Assembly: GCA_963710755.1 (NCBI GenBank)
Contig: CAVQBK010000013.1
Span: 32,001-96,000, forward strand
Source of the DNA: an uncultured bacterium
GTDB lineage: Bacteria > Oederibacteriota > JAAXVQ01 > JAUVAV01
Direction: 5' to 3'
Length of the DNA stretch: 64,000 bases
The translations under genes and the position numbers were made by a program. Shown here in pieces: positions 37,172 through 47,614 of this stretch; position 1 is the stretch's first letter, and every line of letters begins with the position of its first letter. The notes under the pieces were generated by a model. The model was not told where the DNA came from, searched no databases, and saw nothing but the letters and a program-made list of their open reading frames with translations.

Positions 37172-39118
37172 ATGAAATTGTACAAGGGTTATGTACAACT
37201 TGTTTTTCTCGCGGTGATTTGGTTTAGCGTCAATACGGCCACAGCCGTTGGTGCGGTTTTAAGTACCGTTGAAATCAATCAGAGCACTTTGGACGGCCCG
37301 GCCTTAACCAATGGCGACAACTATGGTGTGAGTCTCGTATCCTTGGGCTTCCTGGATGGGGATTCGGTTCCCGATTTGGCAGTCGGCGCTTACTATGATG
37401 ATGCCGGCGGGACCGAACGCGGCACAGTTCATATCCATTTTATGAATAATGATGGGAGTATAAAATCGTCGGTGGAGATTAATAGTCTCACCCCCAACGG
37501 TCCCCTTCTTAATGATGGCGACTATTATGGGTCATGTGTGGCCAACCTGGGATTGCTGGATGGCGATGGCGTCAATGACTTAGCTGTCGGCGCTTATGGT
37601 GATGATGCCGGCGGCAGCGGGTGCGGGGCACTTCATATCCATTTCCTTAACAACGACGGTAGCGTCAAATCATCGACCGAGATTAATGCCACCACAACCA
37701 ACGGACCTACTTTAGCCGCAGGAGCGGAGTATGGGACCTCTGCTGCCGGTCTTGGTCTTTTTGATGGCGATGGGACGGTTGATTTGGCTGTTGGTGCTCC
37801 CCGTTTGGGTATAGGTGGCGCTTTGTTTATACATTTTTTAAATAACGACGGCAGTGTCAAAACTACCGTCAAAATCGACGGAAACACCGCCAACGGCCCG
37901 GTCTTGGCTTCCGGCGATGGTTATGGCCGTAGTGTTTGCAGCCTTGGTGATCTCGATGGTGATGGTGTCACTGATATTGCCGTAGGTGCCTATGGTGATG
38001 ATACAGGGGGATCCGGCCGCGGAGCCGTGTACATTCATTTTATGAACAATGACGGGAGCATCAAATCAACCGTTAAAATTGACAGCACCACGCCCAATGG
38101 TCCTGTATTGAGTGATGGTGACAAATACGGCAATGCGGTGACCAATGTTGGTGACATCGACAAAGATGGTATTATAGATATTGCTGTTGGCGCGCATGCT
38201 TCTGATATTGGCGGTGTTGATCGCGGCGCTGTTTACATCCATTATCTGAACAGTGACGGCAGTGTAAAAGGCACTGATGAAATTAACAGTACCACCCTCA
38301 ATGGCCCAATTATCGAAGATGGTGATTGTTACGGCCGGGGCCTATGCGCTCTTGGAGATCTGGATAAGAATTTGGCTCCCGATATTGCCGTAGGCGCCTA
38401 TTATGGCGACACGGGCAGCGAAGGCAAAGTTTATCTCCATTTCTTAGCCCCACTAAATACACCAACCGTCAGTCCAACGCCAACCTTCACCCCCACTTTT
38501 ACGGCCACGCCCACAAACAGTATTACCATTTCACCAACCTTTACACCCTCACCTACCTTCACTGCTTCTGCCTCGCCTTCGGCAACCCCAACCCCATTGC
38601 ATACAGCTACCCTCACAGCAACCTATACCTGTAGCTTTACGCCCACGACTTCACCCACCTTCTCTGCTTCTGCCTCGCCTTCGCCAACGCCGACATCCTC
38701 ACCAATAGTCACCTTTACCCCCACCGCCACCAGGACCGCGGCTGTCTCCACGACGCCTACGCCTACCATCACCTTGACCCCAATGCCTCTCAGATCCAAC
38801 ATGCTATCTCAGGCTCATGCCTATCCCAATCCCTGTGATCTCAAACTATCTCAAGTCACGATAGCTTACACACTTTATGAAGATGCTGACGTGGATATAA
38901 GCATCTATAATTATTTAGGAAATGTGGTGAACCGGCAACGCTGGCAAAATCAATCCGGTAATCCGGCCGGTATCCGTCACACTTGGACTTGGAATGGCAA
39001 AGACAGTAAGGGCTACCACGTTAAAACCAGCGGTTATATAGTTCAGATTAACGCTCATAACCTGATCACGAGCCGCGAGGAGCAGGCGAGATTCAAATTG
39101 GCTATTATTGACAAGTGA
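37172..39118 (+). CDS. Secreted FG-GAP (integrin-alpha-like) repeat protein with T/P stalk and the same C-terminal domain
   Basis: Repeats YG....LGDLDGDG..DLAVGA..DD.GG..RGAVYIHF; YPNP...WNGKD. Confidence 0.9.
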   Translation: MKLYKGYVQLVFLAVIWFSVNTATAVGAVLSTVEINQSTLDGPALTNGDNYGVSLVSLGFLDGDSVPDLAVGAYYDDAGGTERGTVHIHFMNNDGSIKSSVEINSLTPNGPLLNDGDYYGSCVANLGLLDGDGVNDLAVGAYGDDAGGSGCGALHIHFLNNDGSVKSSTEINATTTNGPTLAAGAEYGTSAAGLGLFDGDGTVDLAVGAPRLGIGGALFIHFLNNDGSVKTTVKIDGNTANGPVLASGDGYGRSVCSLGDLDGDGVTDIAVGAYGDDTGGSGRGAVYIHFMNNDGSIKSTVKIDSTTPNGPVLSDGDKYGNAVTNVGDIDKDGIIDIAVGAHASDIGGVDRGAVYIHYLNSDGSVKGTDEINSTTLNGPIIEDGDCYGRGLCALGDLDKNLAPDIAVGAYYGDTGSEGKVYLHFLAPLNTPTVSPTPTFTPTFTATPTNSITISPTFTPSPTFTASASPSATPTPLHTATLTATYTCSFTPTTSPTFSASASPSPTPTSSPIVTFTPTATRTAAVSTTPTPTITLTPMPLRSNMLSQAHAYPNPCDLKLSQVTIAYTLYEDADVDISIYNYLGNVVNRQRWQNQSGNPAGIRHTWTWNGKDSKGYHVKTSGYIVQINAHNLITSREEQARFKLAIIDK

Positions 39119-39253
39119 ACTTTCAACTTATTCACCTTTTCGATTTCCAGGCCGCTGCCGGCACTATTTATCAGCCCTTGGTTTTTTCACTCAGCATGGC
39201 CTCTTGTTTTCTGTTGACCCCAATTAAGTTGCATGAAGGGAGGCCGGAAATAA

Positions 39254-39287
39254 AAAAGGCATGGCCAAATACAGGGCCATGCCTTTT
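39254..39287. terminator. Bidirectional intrinsic terminator
   Basis: aaaaggcatggcc...ggccatgcctttt between convergent genes. Confidence 0.75.
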
Positions 39288-39313
39288 GTGAAAACCAAAA
39301 CTACTTCTTTGAA

Positions 39314-40342
39314 TTATTCAATTTCACCAATAGTCTTTCTCAAATTGACCACCAATCTGGTCGAGGTCTCATCAATCAAAGCATGTAAGGCTTTGGTCGC
39401 CTCACCCTTGGGATCTTTCAAATCAATTTCATTGGTTGTAACCACATCCCGTAATTTCAAATGCCGATGATGGGTCCTTTTATCCTTGGGCACGACGATA
39501 AACATGGGAATGCTCATTTTGGTTGGTGACAAATCATCCAAAACCGGCCAGCCCAAATCCACCACCACCTGACCGTTTTTGTCCACCAGCAACAAGGTAG
39601 GGTTGAGCCGGATACTGCCGTTGGTGCGCATCATTCTCATGTTTACCACGTTCACACCTTTGACCGTCTTAAACGCCAGGGCTTTATTCCAAATCACCAT
39701 CATGCCGTCCAATCCGGCATCTTTGCAAGCTTGGGCCACACTGTCGAGCATGACTTTTTTTATTTTATTTTCACTGCTTTGACTGGCATTACCATAGGAA
39801 ACTTTATGTTGGACCACGCCTTCCTGGCTATCTTTAAACAGACGATAGGGCACATCAGGACAGGTATTGGCGGCCAATTCATTTTCCGCCACCTGGTCAT
39901 AGTCTTTCTGGAAGGAATCGGCAATCACTTCTTCACTGCTGCCGCCCTGACCCTTACCCATCAGTTTCATCATCAGGGCTGCGGCCGCAGCTTGGCCCTT
40001 ATTATTCTTCATCATGGTCTTTATCACGGTATTGTTTTTAAAATCCGTCATGGTCCTTAAACCGTTAACGCTCTGATAGCGGGCCCGGGGTACATAGGTA
40101 AAGCTGGTCACCCCTTTCAAAACTTGATCGTAACGCTTTAATGCATAATCCGCCGCTTCTTGCGTTACCGCCAAATTGTTACTGCTTGGCTGCCCCAATT
40201 TGTCCAGAGTAACCGTGCACAGCCCGACTTTTTTCATCGCCACCAAGGCTTCCTTGTTAACCTGAGTTCCGGAGCAACCACTCAGCAAGATTGCTCCTGC
40301 CAACAGCACTCCCATTGATTTTAAATAACGATAATATTGCAT
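39314..40342 (-). CDS. Hypothetical lipoprotein
   Basis: RBS aaggaggg; lipobox LSG-C. Confidence 0.75.
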   Translation of the reverse strand: MQYYRYLKSMGVLLAGAILLSGCSGTQVNKEALVAMKKVGLCTVTLDKLGQPSSNNLAVTQEAADYALKRYDQVLKGVTSFTYVPRARYQSVNGLRTMTDFKNNTVIKTMMKNNKGQAAAAALMMKLMGKGQGGSSEEVIADSFQKDYDQVAENELAANTCPDVPYRLFKDSQEGVVQHKVSYGNASQSSENKIKKVMLDSVAQACKDAGLDGMMVIWNKALAFKTVKGVNVVNMRMMRTNGSIRLNPTLLLVDKNGQVVVDLGWPVLDDLSPTKMSIPMFIVVPKDKRTHHRHLKLRDVVTTNEIDLKDPKGEATKALHALIDETSTRLVVNLRKTIGEIE

Positions 40343-40425
40343 TGGTCCCTCCTTTTATAATCCATCTCAACTATAGTTACGGATTGATAATCATTTTGGT
40401 TACATTTTTTTTAACGGTTTGGAAA

Positions 40426-41163
40426 TTAAAAACGATGGATTGGACGGCGTTTGCCCATCAAAATCAACCTGGCCGGAAAAGTTTGGCCCACAACAATGTC
40501 CATGTTGTCGTTCCCGCGGGGCAGCATGTGGATCAATTCCTTTGGAACCAAAGCATTTCTTACGGAACGTTCACCGTCTATGGTCGCAAAACTGTGACGA
40601 AAAAATATCCGGCTGAAAAGTGAAAACCCCCAAAATGCCCAGCGGGAACGGTGGATGTCATTGAACAAAAAACCTTGGCGTGCATGACACACAAGGCCAA
40701 GAAGCTTTTTGATCTCTTCATCCGTCAGATGATGAAGCAAATGGTTGGAAAAAATATAATCGGCTGGAAGGTATTGACCAAGATTAAAGATAGAATCGCA
40801 AACCACGGTCAATTCAGGATAGGGCCGGCATTTATTTTGGGCATAGCCGGCGATCAGTGGATTACTATCAAGACAAGTAATTGTCACTGAAAGGTTATAC
40901 CGACGGCATTGCTTTATAAACCAGATGTCCAGATCACACCCTCCTGCCCCCAAGTCAAGCAGATGGTAGTCCTGACGGGGATTCATGCGCATCTTCTTGA
41001 GAAAATGGTTTATTAACAAGGCCTTGGAGGAAGTGAAGAGTGCATTAATGATGCGAAATTGTTCGACTGTATTAATTAGCCGTTTGCTATCAGCATCCGG
41101 CAGATCCATCAGTTCCGCCACCCGGGCGCGCTTGCTCAGATCAGGCCAGAGTGTTTTTGTCAC
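40426..41163 (-). CDS. SAM-dependent methyltransferase (type III PKS-associated)
   Basis: ELMD, LLDLGAGGCD, HLLHHL, NDIHRS, DG.RSV; overlaps PKS stop. Confidence 0.88.
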   Translation of the reverse strand: MTKTLWPDLSKRARVAELMDLPDADSKRLINTVEQFRIINALFTSSKALLINHFLKKMRMNPRQDYHLLDLGAGGCDLDIWFIKQCRRYNLSVTITCLDSNPLIAGYAQNKCRPYPELTVVCDSIFNLGQYLPADYIFSNHLLHHLTDEEIKKLLGLVCHARQGFLFNDIHRSRWAFWGFSLFSRIFFRHSFATIDGERSVRNALVPKELIHMLPRGNDNMDIVVGQTFPARLILMGKRRPIHRF

Positions 41164-42272
41164 AAGCCTTTTTCCATTACCGCGGCTTCCACGGTCAAGC
41201 CGGGTCCGAACCCGGCGCTGATGATTTTTCCGTTTTCTTTTGAAGCCAATACCTGTTCCAAGACAAACATAATGGTGGAAGAACTCATGTTGCCATAGTC
41301 CCTTAATATTTGATAAGGGATGGCCAGATCTTCCTTGCTTAACTCCAAGGTGTCAGCCAGTTTTTCCAGAATCGCCTTGCCGCCCGGATGAATGGCCCAA
41401 AAACTGATATCCTGGGGCGTGACTTGAGCTTGGGCATAAAGCTTATCCATGATGGGATTAATATGGCTTTTTAGCAATCTGGGCACATAGGCGGATAGTT
41501 TCATGTCAAAGCCATGGCTGCCAATCTTCCAGGCCATGTCCTCTTCGCTGCCTTGCAGATAGGTGGTCAAAAAATGGTGGAGCGCAATTTTGGGGCCTTC
41601 ACTGTCTTCCCTGACTGCTGAGATCAAGGCGGCCGAGACACCGTCCGCAAACAGAGCGTTAGCCACCATAATATCCGGTTCCTGACTCTGCTGAAAATGA
41701 AGGGAACATAGTTCCACATTCACCACCAGCACCCGTGCCTGAGGATCGGACTGGCAGAAAGACTTGGCCATCTTCATGGCCGGAAAGGCGGCATAGCACC
41801 CCATGAAGCCCAGATGAAAGCGGTTGATATGCGGGGAAAGTTTTAATTCCCTGGTCAGCGTCAGATCAAAACCAGGTGCGGAAAAGCCGGTGCAACTGAC
41901 CGTGATCAGGTGGGTGATGCGGCTTATGTCGAAATGATTTAATTTTTCCAGCAAACGCTTAACGGCGTGCAGGGCCAACCGGCTGGCTTCTTTGATGTAC
42001 AGGTCATTGCGCGTTTCCGTATCCGGTTCCGGCAACATCTTGCTGTTTTTGGGATAGAATTGATAGTCCTGTGGATTTTTGCCATAATCGGAAATGACCG
42101 TATGCCGTTTTTCAATAGCAGTTGATTGATAAACTTTGGTGAAAAAGGATCGTTTAGCCGGGGTATCACCCATCAATTCCAATATCAGTTGCAGTGCATA
42201 GGCCTGAGTATAATAGTGCTCCGGTACGGCAGTGGCAATCTCATGCAGATAGACTTCCTGGGAAGAAACCAT
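41160..42272 (-). CDS. Type III polyketide synthase
   Basis: VSCTG, FMGCYAA (Cys), ELCSLH, ALFADG, HPGG (His), YGNMSS (Asn), FGPGLT. Confidence 0.96.
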   Translation of the reverse strand: MVSSQEVYLHEIATAVPEHYYTQAYALQLILELMGDTPAKRSFFTKVYQSTAIEKRHTVISDYGKNPQDYQFYPKNSKMLPEPDTETRNDLYIKEASRLALHAVKRLLEKLNHFDISRITHLITVSCTGFSAPGFDLTLTRELKLSPHINRFHLGFMGCYAAFPAMKMAKSFCQSDPQARVLVVNVELCSLHFQQSQEPDIMVANALFADGVSAALISAVREDSEGPKIALHHFLTTYLQGSEEDMAWKIGSHGFDMKLSAYVPRLLKSHINPIMDKLYAQAQVTPQDISFWAIHPGGKAILEKLADTLELSKEDLAIPYQILRDYGNMSSSTIMFVLEQVLASKENGKIISAGFGPGLTVEAAVMEKGL

Positions 42273-42365
42273 TTTATGCCCCCTGTCCTTTAAGTTGACA
42301 AATGCTTTGGAATTACTGATTATAGCTCCAAGAGGCCTTTCAAGAAACCAAAAAGGAGCCTGACC

Positions 42366-43100
42366 ATGGAACTGAGAAAGCGCCACCTCAAACTCAAGCA
42401 GTTGAATTTTTCAGATCCCAGGGACAAAAAATTTTACAATGAGGTCATGTTTACGGACATTGCGCCCACTTATGACCGCCTGACCACCTTTTTATCTTTT
42501 GGCCAGGACCAGACCTGGAAAAATTACCTGCTGGCCAGTTTGCCTACTCTGGATCAGCCTGAGTGTTTGGACTTGGCCTGCGGCACCGGTGATCTGACCT
42601 TTGCGCTAAAAAAGCGCTACCCGCAAGGACACATCATCGGCTTCGATCTCAACGAACGCATGCTGGCCCTGGCCGCCCGACGGGCCGTGGGCCAGGACAT
42701 CACTTTTCTCAAAGGGGATATGAATGCCACCGGCCTGGAAGCGAACCGCTTTGATTTAATTACCGGCAGCTATGCCCTTAGAAATGCACCTGATCTGAAA
42801 AGCACGTTGCAGGAGATCCATCGCCTGCTTAAACCGGGCGGCACGGCCGCATTTCTTGATTTTTCCAGGAACAAAGGTTGGCTACAGAAAATCCAGCTGG
42901 CCTTGCTGACCATTTGGGGTGGCCTGTGGGGCTTGATTCTCCATCGCCATACTGATCCCTATATCTATATTGCCAAGAGTCTCCGTCATTATCCTGACCG
43001 ACAAAGTTTCCATGCGCTTTTACAAACATCGGGCTTCACCATCGGGCTGGCTAAATTGTTTTTCTTTGGCTATGTAGAAGTAACCGTGGTCACCAAATAA
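42366..43100 (+). CDS. UbiE/MenG-family methyltransferase
   Basis: MFTDIAPTYD, LDLACGTGD, YALRN, LKPGG, Y.YIAKS. Confidence 0.88.
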   Translation: MELRKRHLKLKQLNFSDPRDKKFYNEVMFTDIAPTYDRLTTFLSFGQDQTWKNYLLASLPTLDQPECLDLACGTGDLTFALKKRYPQGHIIGFDLNERMLALAARRAVGQDITFLKGDMNATGLEANRFDLITGSYALRNAPDLKSTLQEIHRLLKPGGTAAFLDFSRNKGWLQKIQLALLTIWGGLWGLILHRHTDPYIYIAKSLRHYPDRQSFHALLQTSGFTIGLAKLFFFGYVEVTVVTK

Positions 43101-43103
43101 CTA

Positions 43104-44279
43104 TTACCGCTCATCCCGATAGCGGGGAATGGTCTGCATGGCGTAGTGGGCTGCCAAACGGCCCGAGCCCCAACGCACAGCAGCTTTAATCAAGGGGGCG
43201 CGCAGACGGGCCACCAGCTTGTTTTTAATACTCCCCCAATAGGTGTTAAACGCCGATTCCCGGATGGCCGCCTTGGCGGCCTTTTGGCCGCAACGTTCAT
43301 AGGTTTTCAATGCCCTTGCCAATAAGCCTTGCCGCGGCTGGGCCTGGGCCAGAAGTCCTGCGCAGGCGGCGGCATCCATCATGCCCACATTCATGCCCAA
43401 CCCGCCGATGGGCGACATGATATGCGCCGCATCGCCGCATAACAGCACCCTCCCTTTTCCGTACTGTCTGGCCAAATAATGCTGCACTCCAAAGGCTGTT
43501 TCCCAAACCTTGTCCGCGCGGCTAAGGCTCACGCCCGTTCGGGCCTGTACCTGCTTTTCCAGATATCCTGGCTCCGCATTTTCCATAAACCAAGGCGTAT
43601 CAATAAGCCACCGCCTCAGCTCCCCGGGCAGGGGAAATGTTTCCACTGGTCCCTGATCAGTAAAATAAAACCGGGCTTTGGAGCCCAGATCGCCATTGTC
43701 TTTGAAATCAGCCATCAGGTAAGTCTGGGGATAGGGTGCGCCTATAAAAGGAATGGCCAGTTGTTGCCGGATAAAACTGTTTTTTCCATCACAGGCGCAT
43801 AAAAATTCCGCATCATAGGCCACTTCTTTGGAATGATCAGGACTCACCGCCTTGAGAACAACGCGCTCGCGATAGTCCACCAGTGCCGTGACCTCCACGC
43901 CTCTTTTCAAAGTCACGCAAGGGTAGTGGTCGAGGTGTTCTTCCAGCAGGGCTTCGCTTTGGCGCTGGGGCAAAGTTAAAATAAAAGGATACGGCCCTTT
44001 AACGCGGTTCAGGGGCACTGTACCCAGACATGCCTGAGATCCGAAAACCTCGGCTTCCTCGACCTTGACCCCGTCCGCAATGAAACGCTGATCCAACTTG
44101 AGCTGAGCCAACAATTCCAGGGTGGGCGGGGTGATGCCAATGGCACGGGAACCAATTTTACGCTGGCGCTGCTTTTCCAACACCACGGTGGTAATCCCGC
44201 GGTGGCCCAATAAATTGGCGAGCGTCAGGCCCACAGCGCCTGCGCCTACGATGATCACTTTTGGTGTCGATTGATCCAT
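43104..44279 (-). CDS. FAD-dependent monooxygenase (PHBH-like)
   Basis: GAGAVG, CDGKNS..R, GDAAHIMSPIGGLGMNVG. Confidence 0.92.
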   Translation of the reverse strand: MDQSTPKVIIVGAGAVGLTLANLLGHRGITTVVLEKQRQRKIGSRAIGITPPTLELLAQLKLDQRFIADGVKVEEAEVFGSQACLGTVPLNRVKGPYPFILTLPQRQSEALLEEHLDHYPCVTLKRGVEVTALVDYRERVVLKAVSPDHSKEVAYDAEFLCACDGKNSFIRQQLAIPFIGAPYPQTYLMADFKDNGDLGSKARFYFTDQGPVETFPLPGELRRWLIDTPWFMENAEPGYLEKQVQARTGVSLSRADKVWETAFGVQHYLARQYGKGRVLLCGDAAHIMSPIGGLGMNVGMMDAAACAGLLAQAQPRQGLLARALKTYERCGQKAAKAAIRESAFNTYWGSIKNKLVARLRAPLIKAAVRWGSGRLAAHYAMQTIPRYRDER

Positions 44280-44351
44280 GGTCCGGTCCTTGGCAACAAT
44301 GTGGTTCTTTCAGCCCTGGTAATGCTGCGGCTGGCAGCTTAACGGCAGCGT

Positions 44352-45986
44352 TTAAATATCCAGGTCATGATGACCGTGATAAAGCTCATCGCGAAGTTTC
44401 TGAATATCGGGATTTTCCAGGTACTCGTCAAAGCTGCTGACCCGGTCGATAATGCCACCCGGCAGGATTTCGACGATACGGTTGGCCACGGTATTGACAA
44501 ACTGATGGTCATGGGAGGTAAAGAGCACCACCTCGGGGAATTTGATCACCGCGTCATTGAGGGCGGAAATGGATTCCAGATCCAGGTGATTGGTCGGTTC
44601 ATCCAGAATCAGCACATTGCCTTCCATGAGCATCATGCGCGCCAGCATGCAGCGCGCCTTTTCCCCTCCCGAGAGCACACTGATGTCCTTCTGGATCTCA
44701 TCCCCGGAAAAAAGCATGCGCCCCAGAAAACCGCGGATATAATTGTCATCATCACTCTTGGTATATTGGTGGAGCCAGTCAATCACGCTGAGCCGGGATG
44801 TAAAGAAGGCGCTGTTGTCCTTGGGCCCATAGGCCCAGGTAATGGTTTGTCCCCACTTGAACTCACCTTTATCCGGTTTGATCTCGCCGGTAAGGATCTG
44901 AAACAAGATGGTTTTGGCCACATTATGGCTGCCTACAAAAGCAATTTTATCGCCCTTGTTGACCGTCAGGTTAAAGTCCTTGAGCACGTCCACCCCGTCC
45001 AGGGTCTTGCCCAGGCCTTCCAGTTCCAATATCCGGTCACCGCATGACCTTTCCGGTTTGAATTGAATAAAGGGTGTACGCCGCGACGAAGTGGGCATTT
45101 CCTCGGGAGTTAATTTTTCAATTAATTTTTTCCGGGCACTGGCTTGTTTGGATTTGGAAGCATTGGCGCTGAAGCGCTGGACAAAAGCCTTGAGTTCCTC
45201 AATTTTTTCCAGTTGTCTTTTGGTGGCGTCTTTCTTCTGTTGCATGGCCAATTGACTGGCCTCGTACCAAAAATCATAATTCCCCGTGTAAAGTGAGATC
45301 TTATTAAAATCCAGGTCCGCGATGTGGGTGCAAACCTTGTTGAGAAAGTGGCGGTCATGGGAAACCACGACCACCGTATTTTTGAAGTTATATAAAAACC
45401 CTTCCAACCAGGTAATGGTTTTAAGGTCAAGGTGGTTGGTCGGTTCGTCCAGTAACAACACTTCCGGGTTGCCGAACAAGGCCTGGGCCAGGAGCACGCG
45501 GATTTTCTTACCTGCCTCCAGGCTTTTCATGGGCGCCTCCAGCCATTCTTTGGCTACACCCACCCGGTCCAGAAGGGTGGCGGCATCAGCTTCCGCATCA
45601 TAGCCGTTCATCTCCGCAAATTCCCCTTCCAGTTCGCCGGCGCGCATACCTTCTTCATCGCTCATCTGCGGTTTGGCGTACAAGGCATCCCGTTCCTGTA
45701 TAACGGCATAAAGCTTTTGGTGCCCCATGATCACTGTCTGCAAAGGGGTATAGTCGTCAAAGGCAAATTGGTCCTGCCTCAATATGGCCACTCGCTGGCC
45801 TTTGCCCACCACCACCTCACCACTGTCCGGCTCAATCTGGCCGGCCAGGATTTTGAGGAAGGTGGATTTGCCGGAACCATTGGCCCCGATCAGGCCATAA
45901 CAATTGCCATCCGTAAATTGCACGGAAACGCCGCTGAATAATTTCTGGCCGCCAAAGGCCAGGCTTACGGAACTGGTACTGATCAT
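44352..45986 (-). CDS. ABC-F family ATPase (YbiT/YkpA-like)
   Basis: Two NBDs, GANGSGKST, LDEPTNHLD twice, no TM segments. Confidence 0.93.
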   Translation of the reverse strand: MISTSSVSLAFGGQKLFSGVSVQFTDGNCYGLIGANGSGKSTFLKILAGQIEPDSGEVVVGKGQRVAILRQDQFAFDDYTPLQTVIMGHQKLYAVIQERDALYAKPQMSDEEGMRAGELEGEFAEMNGYDAEADAATLLDRVGVAKEWLEAPMKSLEAGKKIRVLLAQALFGNPEVLLLDEPTNHLDLKTITWLEGFLYNFKNTVVVVSHDRHFLNKVCTHIADLDFNKISLYTGNYDFWYEASQLAMQQKKDATKRQLEKIEELKAFVQRFSANASKSKQASARKKLIEKLTPEEMPTSSRRTPFIQFKPERSCGDRILELEGLGKTLDGVDVLKDFNLTVNKGDKIAFVGSHNVAKTILFQILTGEIKPDKGEFKWGQTITWAYGPKDNSAFFTSRLSVIDWLHQYTKSDDDNYIRGFLGRMLFSGDEIQKDISVLSGGEKARCMLARMMLMEGNVLILDEPTNHLDLESISALNDAVIKFPEVVLFTSHDHQFVNTVANRIVEILPGGIIDRVSSFDEYLENPDIQKLRDELYHGHHDLDI

Positions 45987-46082
45987 GGATATCCTGCTTT
46001 CATTTCATTAAAAATGCCCCATGGCAAGTCACGGGAATGCTTATTTCCATTTCGAGGGTGGATCATACCTGGTTTTTGTAGT

Positions 46083-46168
46083 TCGTCATTCCGTTATGTT
46101 CATAAATGGGATCCAGAAGAGCCTTTAAATTTAAGGATTCTGGATGTCGGCTTTCGCTGGCATGACGA
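46083..46168 (-). repeat. 86-bp REP/RPE-like palindromic element, copy 1
   Basis: tcgtcattccg...atccaga...tctggat...catgacga; reverse complement aligns with 50297-50382. Confidence 0.8.
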
Positions 46169-46427
46169 TAAAAACCTATTCTGCCACATTTACTTCAGGG
46201 TAAAAATTTCATTAATGCTCCACACTGTACTGGATAAAATTCACTGACCTAATGTTAGAAACATGAGGTAAAACATTACAACGGCGGCATGCAAATGTAA
46301 AGACGAGAATCGTGGGGCAAGAAGATAGAATAAGGGGCCCATGCTCTTTATTTTTCTTCCCGTCGCACCGTCAATAAAAACAGCATTAGTTGTACTAAGA
46401 TGGTCACTTATTAATCAGGAGGACATC

Positions 46428-47234
46428 ATGTCTTTACGCGGACGCACATCATGCTTTTTAATGCTTATCAGTTTGGTGGGTCTGCCCATCGTCGCTCAAA
46501 GTTTGAATTTTCCTGACTGGCAATTTTCTGTAAGCGGTTGGTGGGCCGACGGTTCCAAATTCGATGAGCAACCAGGGCCGGCGGCCAGCGGTCACGTATG
46601 GGGTGATTTTCCCTCTGCTTATGGCCAGCTGCGGGTGGCCAAAAAAGTGTTCGATCGCTTCCAAGTCGCCCTGGCCTGGGATCAGGTGGCGATTCTGCCC
46701 AGTTGGATGTATCTGCATAGCGATACGGTTTACACGGCTTTCGAGGGGAACGGTTATAACCTCTCCGCCAACCTGGCCTACCGTTTGCCGCTATTGGACG
46801 ATCTGGCCCTGGACGTGGAAACCGGCTATAACTATACTTACGCCGTCAAACGTTTCTCCGATTATACGGAAAATGGGGTGATCCTCATGCCCGGTAACTG
46901 GGGGGACTACACCATCAGCTATCAGGGCCCCACCTTTGCCGCTGGTCTGCATTACTGGTTTATCCCGTCACTGGAGTTTTTCGGCAGAATCCAGGGCGCG
47001 CCCATGGTCAGCAACCATACCCGGGTCACAGGCTATGGCCTTCCCCAGGAAGAGGATGCGCAAGGCCTGGCTTACCGCTGGGAAGGCGGGTTTACCTACC
47101 ATCTGCTCAACACGATCAGTTTCAGCCTTGGCTACCGCTTTGAAGACATTTATTTCCATCCACCGGCCGATGACAGTTTTTCTTTGAGCATAGTTTACCG
47201 GGGCCTGATGATCAGCACCAGCTATTATTTCTGA
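46428..47234 (+). CDS. Probable outer-membrane beta-barrel protein
   Basis: RBS aggagg, signal peptide, amphipathic strands, C-terminal YYF. Confidence 0.7.
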   Translation: MSLRGRTSCFLMLISLVGLPIVAQSLNFPDWQFSVSGWWADGSKFDEQPGPAASGHVWGDFPSAYGQLRVAKKVFDRFQVALAWDQVAILPSWMYLHSDTVYTAFEGNGYNLSANLAYRLPLLDDLALDVETGYNYTYAVKRFSDYTENGVILMPGNWGDYTISYQGPTFAAGLHYWFIPSLEFFGRIQGAPMVSNHTRVTGYGLPQEEDAQGLAYRWEGGFTYHLLNTISFSLGYRFEDIYFHPPADDSFSLSIVYRGLMISTSYYF

Positions 47235-47247
47235 TCAGCAGGCTGAC

Positions 47248-47613
47248 TCAGTGCTGATGGCCTTGCACGCAGGCGTCCTGAATGGTCAATTCGAGCAGGC
47301 TGCTTTCCTTGAACTGGCCGATCATAGCTTCCACGGAGCCGGGATTGGCCTTAAATACTTTGATGCCTGAATTGTTCAGCCGCTGAATTGCCCGCGCGCC
47401 CATACCGCCGCATACCACGGCGTCCACTTCATGGCCTTCCAGTGCACCGGCAGGATGGCACATGCCATGAGCATGGTGCTGATTGCTGTTGGCAATCACC
47501 GTGACCTTCTGGCTTTCCGTGTCCACGATGGTAAAAAAGGGTGCACTGCCGAAATGCGCAAATACCTTTGCCGACAAGCCGTTGTCTGTCATAGTGGGCA
47601 TACATAATTTCAT
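47248..47613 (-). CDS. NifB/NifX family protein
   Basis: HFGSAPFF, HHAHGMC, VVCGGMG..A. Confidence 0.9.
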   Translation of the reverse strand: MKLCMPTMTDNGLSAKVFAHFGSAPFFTIVDTESQKVTVIANSNQHHAHGMCHPAGALEGHEVDAVVCGGMGARAIQRLNNSGIKVFKANPGSVEAMIGQFKESSLLELTIQDACVQGHQH

Positions 47614-47614
47614 G

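Noticed and set aside
47248-47613. Nitrogen fixation
   Set aside because: NifX-like domain with DUF134 is widespread outside nif clusters; no nifHDK here.
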